NCBI RefSeq assembly: GCF_009914755.1 | Contig: NC_060928.1 | Length of the DNA stretch: 64,000 nucleotides | From: the human T2T-CHM13v2.0 reference genome, Homo sapiens | Reading direction: 5' to 3' (one strand) | Shown here: positions 55,711 to 64,000 of the stretch, piece by piece | Layout of the letters: each line of letters starts with the position of its first letter | How positions within the stretch are numbered: the first letter of the stretch is position 1 | Notes under the pieces: model-generated | What the model saw: the letters and a program-made list of their open reading frames with translations, nothing else | What the model was told of the DNA's origin: nothing | Database searches by the model: none | Made by a program: the position numbers and the translations under genes

Positions 55711-56759
55711 TAAACACAAATACTTTTTATTTTATGCAACATAAAGCAGGTGAGCTAATATTTACTAAGTCCTTTGCTTCTTTGAATAGGTCTTAGGACT
55801 AAATAAGTCATTGGTTATGTTATCAATGTTTCTGTTGAAATAACCATGGACCAGAAAGCAGCAGCTTTTGCTCTGACAGAAAGGAGCAGGGAAAAGAAGC
55901 AAAATAAAAGGGAATGAGACTTGGTCCAGGAATAAGACTATTGGGATTGGCACGTCTGCCTTTTTACATGATAACCCTGAAGTCCAAACTGTCCTGTAAC
56001 AAACATGCTTGAGATTTCTTGGAAATAGTTTCTTTCTGATAAAAAAAAAAATGTAAAAATAAAGTTCTTTAAAACCCCTAAAGCCTTACGGTTTAGAACT
56101 CTCATCATCTAAGAATGTCTTGTTAAAAGCTGCTGTAGCCATCTTGGGTCCCTAAATAAAAAGACAAGAGATCATGGAAATGGGAATTTAGCACACTAAT
56201 GCCTTTGAAGTAGTGTATAACCACCTCCAAATTCTGAAGTAATATAACTAACCCATTATTTGCCAGATATTGTCCTGTTAGAAGCTGAACAAACCTTATC
56301 TGTAATGGTAAACATGGCAGAGATCCAAAACAGTGATATCAGTGCCAAATAGGGTCATTAACATGGTAGCTACCTCCAGCCTCAACCATCCCAAGTGGGA
56401 TAATGTGAGATCATAAGAATCCCTTAAGCTGGCACTGGTTAAAAAAAAAAGAATATGGGGAAGTGGGATAAAAAGAAATTGATACTTTTCAGATGTCAAT
56501 TTTAAAAGTTGGCTTTGTTTTTGTTTGTTATTTGTATGCTCAATGAATATATCATTTTGATTTTAAATACTTATATGCCAGGACTGGAGAGTGAAAGTCA
56601 ATTAATACGAGTAGATAAATAACACACTCTCTTTAATTAATTGCTCTAGCCATGCTATGAAATGTTATAGGAAATTAACCCAGTCGCAGTTATTGGGTGT
56701 ACCTAATACTGTTATGAGGAAGAGAAAGAGCAAATATAAGCAAAATATAGAAGAACACA

Positions 56760-57005
56760 GATATTTTATTAACTTTAGCACTATTGTAGCAAGAGATTAT
56801 GTTATGTTTTTAAGTAGTTATTATCTCATTTAATACCTAAACCACTTCTACTGTAGGCATTACAAGCATGTTTTAAGGTGGGAAACTCGAGGGTTAGAGA
56901 GGTCATGTAATTTGTCATGGATCCCACAACTAACAAGCACTGGAATCAGGGTCAGGAATCTGTTCTCCACATCATCAAAGTCAGCACTTTTAACTGCCAT
57001 GCTAC
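56760..57005 (-). mobile_element. MIR
   Basis: ttatctcatttaat...ttttaaggtgggaaactcgagggttagagaggtcatgtaatttgtc. Confidence 0.75.
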
Positions 57006-58079
57006 AAAAAGCTTACATTACATTATCTTTTTTTCTGACCCCTGGGAAGTTGAAACAAAATGTTTTCCTTGACTCTATGCTGCAAAACTGTCAAACTGAA
57101 GAATGTCTTCTTTAACAATATCATTGAGCTGCCTTTATTAAATAAGACTGCTTAAGGTCTTCAGAACTCTGCTAATTCTCAGTTACTTTTCGACTTACTG
57201 TCCATAATTCAATAATCAAACCAGTTTATTAGGGCTACAGTTTGTTGTTATTCTTTGGAAAAAAACAGACAGATGATACTTATATTGCTAAATAATGTTT
57301 GTCTCCAGGCCTAAAATAACTACAGACATATTAGAGAAAGAAGCAAAGGGACAGATCAGAAGAAGGGAGGTTGTCTTTAGCTGAAAACAAACAATTAAGA
57401 AAGGAGGCAAAGATGAGTTTCAGAAAATAGAAATCAAAAGATGATGTGTTAATAAATGTGTTTTTTTAACAATTCATTGAGATTACGTATATGTAAGAAA
57501 ATAAACGGCTAAACTTTTAGGGCAGCATAGGTTCAATAAATGTGTTAGTTCTATACTGTTAGATTAGAAGAATATGTATGTATAATATTTCATGATTTTA
57601 TAAAAACATTTTGCAAATTTATGTTACTATACATAATACCAGAAACTAGAGTGGATTAAATACATATAAATTCAGATAAAAGAATTCGTGAATTATCTCT
57701 AGAGACTGACATCATCTGGCTTTAGATATAATGATTTCAAAATATAAATCAATCATTAAATTCTAAGAACAGAGATCCCAATTTGTTGAATTACCTGGGC
57801 CAAACAAGTTAAATTGTTTAATAAAAGTTTGAGTTGATTTAAAGATTTAAGAGTTAGAAAAATAGTCTGGAATTGTAGCGTGAAACAACAACAACAAAGA
57901 TAGCAATAATAATGTTACGCAGTTTAGATAAAATTTAAGTCATATGAAAAAGATAGGATTGGTGATGCTGATTTAATGCAATTTGTGTGAAAGAAGCAAA
58001 GAGATTTCAAATAAATATAGTATTAAAGTGCACCAACATTATAAATTTTCTCTGCTTTCTTCCTAGGTGACATTGCTGC

Positions 58080-58650
58080 TACCGAGCAATTGTACTCTTC
58101 TAATTCTCAAATTAATAGGCCTTTGATTTTCCTGTATAGTCCCTGGTTTTATGTGTGGACCAGATGAGATGTTTTGCATGACAAGTAGACGAGAAGCAGG
58201 AGCTGCATTCTTTATATGCTTGTATCATTTCAGGCCATCAAGTGCTGATACAGACTATGCACATTGCCACTTATCTGTGGAGCAGCCATGCCTCCAATTT
58301 CTTAAGGTACTTCCAGGTCTACTCGGTCAGCTTCTCCAACCCTGGGCGAGGAGTTTGGCTCCGTGGTGAAGGATGTCATTGTCACCTTCAAGTCACTTAC
58401 ATCTCAGAAGTTGGATACCCAAAGATGGTAAGAGATCAACATGGGGTTCCAGTCCAACCTCATAGGTTCCAGCTTATTATATCAGGTTTCAACTAATATC
58501 TGTCTTCTCATAATTAGCCATTATCTTTCCTTCCTGACTGCCTCCTCTTCTTCCTATAAAGCCTAGCATTACAGGCAGAAAAATCAAATTTACATAGAAA
58601 GCTTTACTGGAATAACCAGTACCCAAATTGTATAAAGACAATATGTATGC
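58080..58650 (+). mobile_element. old ERVL-class LTR (LTR52/MLT2-related), degenerate
   Basis: GC-richer block ending taaccagtacccaaattgtataaagacaat followed by a (TA)-rich tail; assignment from memory. Confidence 0.4.
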
Positions 58651-59068
58651 ATGTATATACATATATTATATTTACATTGGATATCACATTAACATTAGAA
58701 TTACTGTATGTAGATATATATCAATTATACTTGAATAAATTTTATGTAAGTTTTCAATAACTGTTTCTCTTTTATGTTATGTTCTATTATTATGTCCTAA
58801 AACTTTTTTATTATATTCAGAAAAAAGTTATAATTCTAGCTTTAAGAAAAAATAATACTCTTTGACTGTTTCTACTCTGCTGTTAAGAAAACATTTATTT
58901 TCCAATAACTCAAATAGCTTTAAAAATCTGGAAGACTGTTTTCATTCATGAGTGCAGCATTCTTCGTTATCCTCCTGAGTCTCCATTAATTATACCTGTT
59001 TTAAATTCTCTTCTAATACTATTTGGTCCTTTCCTCACCTTACTGGATTATTGTGAAGAATTTGGTGC

Positions 59069-59370
59069 AGCTAGGTGTGGTGGCTCATGCCTGTAATCCC
59101 AGGACTTTGGAAGGCCGAGGTAGACAGGTCACTTGAGCCCAAGATTTCAAGACCACCCTGGGCCACATGGCAGAACTCCATCTCTACAAAAAATACAATT
59201 ATTAGTTGGGCCATGCCCAACTAATTGACGTGTGCCTGTGGTCCCAGCTAATTGGGAGGCTTAGGTGGAAGGATCACCTGAGCCTGGGAGGTCGAGACTG
59301 CAGTGAGTATTGATCATGCTACTGCACTCCAGCTGGTGTCTCAAAAAAAAAAAAAAAAAAAAGAAAGAAA
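59069..59370 (+). mobile_element. AluJb with an internal hairpin insertion
   Basis: cacttgagcccaag, ggatcacctgagcctgggaggtcgagactgcagtgag; degenerate TSD aagaattt.gt.c. Confidence 0.92.
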
Positions 59371-61449
59371 AAGAATTTTGTACTGTTTATTCATTTCAAT
59401 TACCTATTCATTATTATTATTTTTCCTATATATTTAACAATTCATGGCTTGGTGTTTTACACTGTATATTCATTTCTCATATTCCTGATTGAGGACACCT
59501 GTTTTCATGTCAAATGGTAAAAGGGAAGCAGGAGAGGCTCTGGGCAATGTATGCGGTGGTCCTGTTTCCTTTGGTGCCTACAATGCCTGCCATTAATCTC
59601 AGCCATGCCTTTTCAGTCACTGCTTCAGCATTTGAGTGCATGTTCCTGCTATTTAATATTCTTTAATATGTGACAGTGTTGTGTGGGGCAGTCCATCTGG
59701 TACCCCAAGTTACCTCCTCATTTCACCCTCTTTTATTTGCCACAGGTTCTGCCCCTAATCTTTCTCCCATTCACTTGTGCCTGTTCCTCATTTCTGCAGT
59801 GTCTAATGCATAGCAGAAGCATAGTAAATGTTCATGAAATTGAATTGGACGTGTCGAGGTAACACTGGAGCATACAACACAGATGTTACTGAAAGGGTTT
59901 CTCACTTGGGATAGGATTTAAGTGGATGATTCCTCAGTGTTCTTGTAATGTTTGAAGTGTATGATTCAAATCACTGTGTATGATTCCGTGTTGCTTGGGA
60001 CTGTCAAGGTAATATCTTCCTTACTGCTTTGTCTCTTTAAACCTTCTTGATAATTAAATTTAAAAAAAGAACATAAATAAAGGAACGCGCCCCCAGAACT
60101 TTTCATTATTAATGTTCTATGACTAAATTGGAAATCTGCTACTGTATCCCAAGGGGGTGATTTAGCAGACTAAGAGTTTTGATTAAAACGGAATGAAATG
60201 TCTGACACGTAGTCTATTTATCAGTTATTATGATATGAAAACGCTCTAATCATTGTGGTGCCTAAATTAAGACTTCACAGCCTAAATGTCACTTCATTTT
60301 GCTTCTTTTGGTTTGGTGATGTTTTATGGGCTTATTATCTGCGAATGTGTATGCATGTGCGTGTGTGAATGGCACACATTCTTACTGATCTTCAAAGAAA
60401 AATAATGCGGCAAGAAAGCTTTCTAACACAAGCACTGTTCCCTATAGCTCCATGCTTCAGGAGAAATGAGGAATATGCAGAGAATCTTACAATTCTTAAT
60501 TTAGCTGATTATTTTAAAAATTCGGATGTGATTGTGAAATATATTCTATTGGTATTAAGCAGCAAAAAATATTAATTAGAATTTATAATTTAAAGTTTTC
60601 TTTTCATATGAGACTGATTTTGTTAGACACAAATACTAAGATAAAAATTATATCATATCAATAATTTTAATGTTATCTCCACTTTCAAATTAAACTACAT
60701 AGAAACAAGGAAAAAATCAATATAAGTTTTTAGATAATGCTCATTCAATAAGTATAACATGGTTGGATTCTTTTAAGCCTATAGAATATGCTAAATATTC
60801 AAGTGTTAATGAAAACATAAAAAAAATAGCATAACATAATTTTGAATATTGATTTTGTAATTTACAAAAATATTTGCCCTATTTTAACCTCTCTCTTCCC
60901 AAATAATTTTACTACCTATCCCCACTTGAAGAATTAAATAAAATAGTATTTCCTTATAATCTCTCTCTCTCTCTGTCTCTCTTTTTCTTGCCTCCCTCAA
61001 TATGGAATCACAACCAGTGTTTTTTATTGATTTCTAAGCAACTTTCAAAACACGAGTTAAGTAAGAGTGATTGACTGGGTTGCTCTTTCTCAGTCTTATT
61101 TCTAAGCCAGTTTTAAAGATTTAAAAGGCTCAGACCTGGAACAAGACAGGTTATATTTGGAGGAATAATGATCCAATTCTTCACACTTCTTCCCACCCCA
61201 ATTTATAGATTCAAAAATGATTCCTTATCTTGTGATTAAAGAAGCAAGAAAGCAGTAGGATCCCAGAATAAAAATAAGGTCATCAGAAAAAACAAAACAA
61301 AACAAAAAAAAACGCTCACTCAGTCTGAGACAATATTCGACTCTTGTGGACTCCAATTTCAAAGGCTCAAGTCATTCAAAATCCCCAAATAAAAGATGGA
61401 CTAGGATACTCAAGAGGTGTGTGAAAAGTAATCATAATTAAAATAATGT

Positions 61450-61680
61450 AACAATAATTAATACTCATCAATATCTCACCATACTGTATCAAACACCATG
61501 AAAATTAACTTCTATATATTTTATTATTCATATTTTATAATGAGGTAGATAATAGCGTTGTCCTCATTTTATAGCTTCATTGCCCTTCATAAGTAAATTA
61601 TCCACAATCAGATAACTAGGCAGAAGAGAGTGGACTCCTATTACCAAAACCCAGGCTCTTAATTGCTACTAACAGTATAT
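61450..61680 (-). mobile_element. MIR, degenerate
   Basis: tgaggtagataatagcgttgtcctcattttatag...ggctcttaattgctac. Confidence 0.55.
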
Positions 61681-61887
61681 ATGCTCTGAGTACTAGTAGC
61701 TGGTAATTGACTTACACATAGACTTCTCCCCAGTATTGTGCAAATTGAACTACTAATCTGGGACTGCTCTATGATGCAAAAATCATAGACCAAATACTAT
61801 GTATCAGAGAACCTTCAAGTCAGATGTTTGGCATCTGACTTGCTTGTTGGTCTCATCTATTCAGTTTTAGAGATGGTCTTAGATTAA

Positions 61888-62150
61888 TGTGGTATAAGAG
61901 TGATGAGAGGACTGGTTTTATAATTCTAAATACCTGAGAGGGAATCATGTCTATGCCACAAACTAGCTATATGAGACTTTTATCAGTCACTTCTCTTCCC
62001 TGGCCTTTCAGTTTCCTCACATATAACATGCCTTCTAGATTAATCTGTAAATGTATATGCCTTCTAGATTGCCTTTTAGATTATTCGGTAAATGTATATG
62101 ATAATAAATGCAAGCTGTGTCATGCTGTGATTGACACAGAATAAGAAATC
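61888..62150 (+). mobile_element. MIR with an internal tandem duplication
   Basis: atgccacaaactagctatatgagacttt...ttcagtttcctcacatataacatg. Confidence 0.65.
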
Positions 62151-62310
62151 AAATATGGTAGATATATTACTAAAGATTCCCTATTTCTGAGAATGGAAGA
62201 GAGTATCAGCCACTTCACTTTTTCTGCTTTATTTTGGATTCTAGCTGAAATTCCAATCTAGATACTATTTACATGTGTTTTTGTTCTCTCTTCTGTCTCT
62301 CTCTCTCTCC

Positions 62311-62560
<250 letters not shown>

Positions 62561-64000
62561 TCTGTTTTCTCTTTTAATCTTTACAAGAGGTTGGACATCA
62601 GGTTGGATAAGGAGGAAGTTGAATGTTGGAGATTTTACAGAATGCAAACAAAAATTAAGGGTTTCCTAATCTATATCCTGTCTGTTCAAATTGTACTTCA
62701 CAGTATTTCCTTGTGCCCATCGAACTTGTGCCACTCCCCTCTGAAATATTCAACAGCATTTCAAGTCTCTTCTACCTTAAGAGCTCCCTCAATAACTGCT
62801 GATAAAGAGAAGTTTGAAAACTGCAAACCTAGACATTGAGTATTCTAAAAACTTCCCATTTTTTGGTTCCAAATTCAACCTTACCCTTCTTCACAACAGA
62901 AAAAAATAGGAAAGTCTTGAGTGGTCTATGATAGGCCATTCACTCTTAATAGATCTTGTATTAGATTTAGATTTAGTACTTGCCTCTGGATAACTTGTCT
63001 GGATAAGTTGTTTCTCTCTTTTTTTTTCAGTCCCCCCCATTTATTCTTTTACTTTTTATCCTGTGACAATTTCTAAGCAAAATTAGTAAAACTAAGTAGT
63101 TAAAAAATACAAGAAAAAGGAATAGTGTTCACGGACATGCAAAACATGAACAGATCTGGAGCAAATAAAAAGAAGCAGCCTTGAGATGGTCAAGGGAAAA
63201 AAATAACCAGCTACAACATAAATTACTGCCAGGTTCTGCATTTGAGAAAATAAACTGAAATGGCCCAGGTTGGAGAGAGATAGTTCTACTTTTTAGGCAA
63301 AGTTTCAGACAGCTGGTTAAAATAACGTAGATCCATTATGCTCTCTTGATCTTGAAAGGAAGTAAGGAGCGTTTGTCTGAAAAAGATATTTTTTTTTTTG
63401 TAAGAAGGGAGCAACTCTGACTTGAGAACACCTTTCTGTCATAGACCAGCAGAGGCTAAATATACTCTCAAAGTAGGATTTCTGTTTTAATTCTATAATA
63501 AATGCTTTCAGGAAATTCTGGAAAATGTAGCCCCTTTTTCTTCTCACCTCAAGGTTGCCTTGGGTTTATTGCCATCATTAGTGGAAACTGTAAAGCTAAG
63601 CCAATGATTCCATGTGTATTTCAAGATCTGAAGAGCTCAAAGAAAGGTCAGTTACCTTCCTTGCCCCTCTTCTTTTACGGTTATTGGGGTCTGCAGTGCA
63701 AGCAGTGATTGCTGGTGATCCACTTGCATTTCTCTGCTCACTAGATTAAAACCTGGGATGAAGCCCAGAGTGGCAAGAACTTTACATTGGAACTAAACAA
63801 GAATTTAAAATCTACAAGCCTGTTGCCATTTCACGTTTATTTAATGCACAGAAAGTTTGGTATTCAGACACAGTGTGGGGATAGTGTGATAAGGATCATG
63901 CTAAAAAAGACCAGTTCTTTCAGATATTTACATTCATATGAAACACAAAATCATACCTACAACAGCTGTGGATTTTATGCTTGGGCTATTTTGTTTTGTT

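Noticed and set aside
55990-56305. Possible MLT1K/L LTR relic
   Set aside because: Only one motif (gctgctgtagccatcttg) recognised; too degenerate to call

Overview
AT-rich primate (human-like) non-coding genomic DNA, either a gene desert or a large intron. No protein-coding gene, rRNA, tRNA or CRISPR array is supportable; the listed ORFs are short and fall mostly in Alu, L1, LTR or low-complexity sequence. The window is a retroelement/transposon fossil record: a nearly complete THE1C (MaLR) element at the left edge, about 14 Alu copies or fragments, several L1 pieces (including a ~4 kb internally deleted L1MA), L2/MIR relics, MLT1/MLT2/ERVL LTRs, MER6 and Tigger3a DNA transposons, and two HERV-K solo LTRs with perfect 6-bp TSDs (HML-2 LTR5B and HML-3 MER9) arranged divergently 725 bp apart. 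Family names come from recalled consensus sequences, not a database search. I found no evidence for a new multi-gene system. The most notable non-catalogue signals are a 265-bp TSD-flanked retrocopy of an mRNA 3' end, a ~575-bp PATRR-like palindrome, a 40-bp-arm pre-miRNA-like hairpin, a perfect 24-bp palindrome, several templated-inversion scars, a fused head-to-head Alu pair that truncates MER6, and an old ~110-bp direct repeat flanking a 1.45-kb block.
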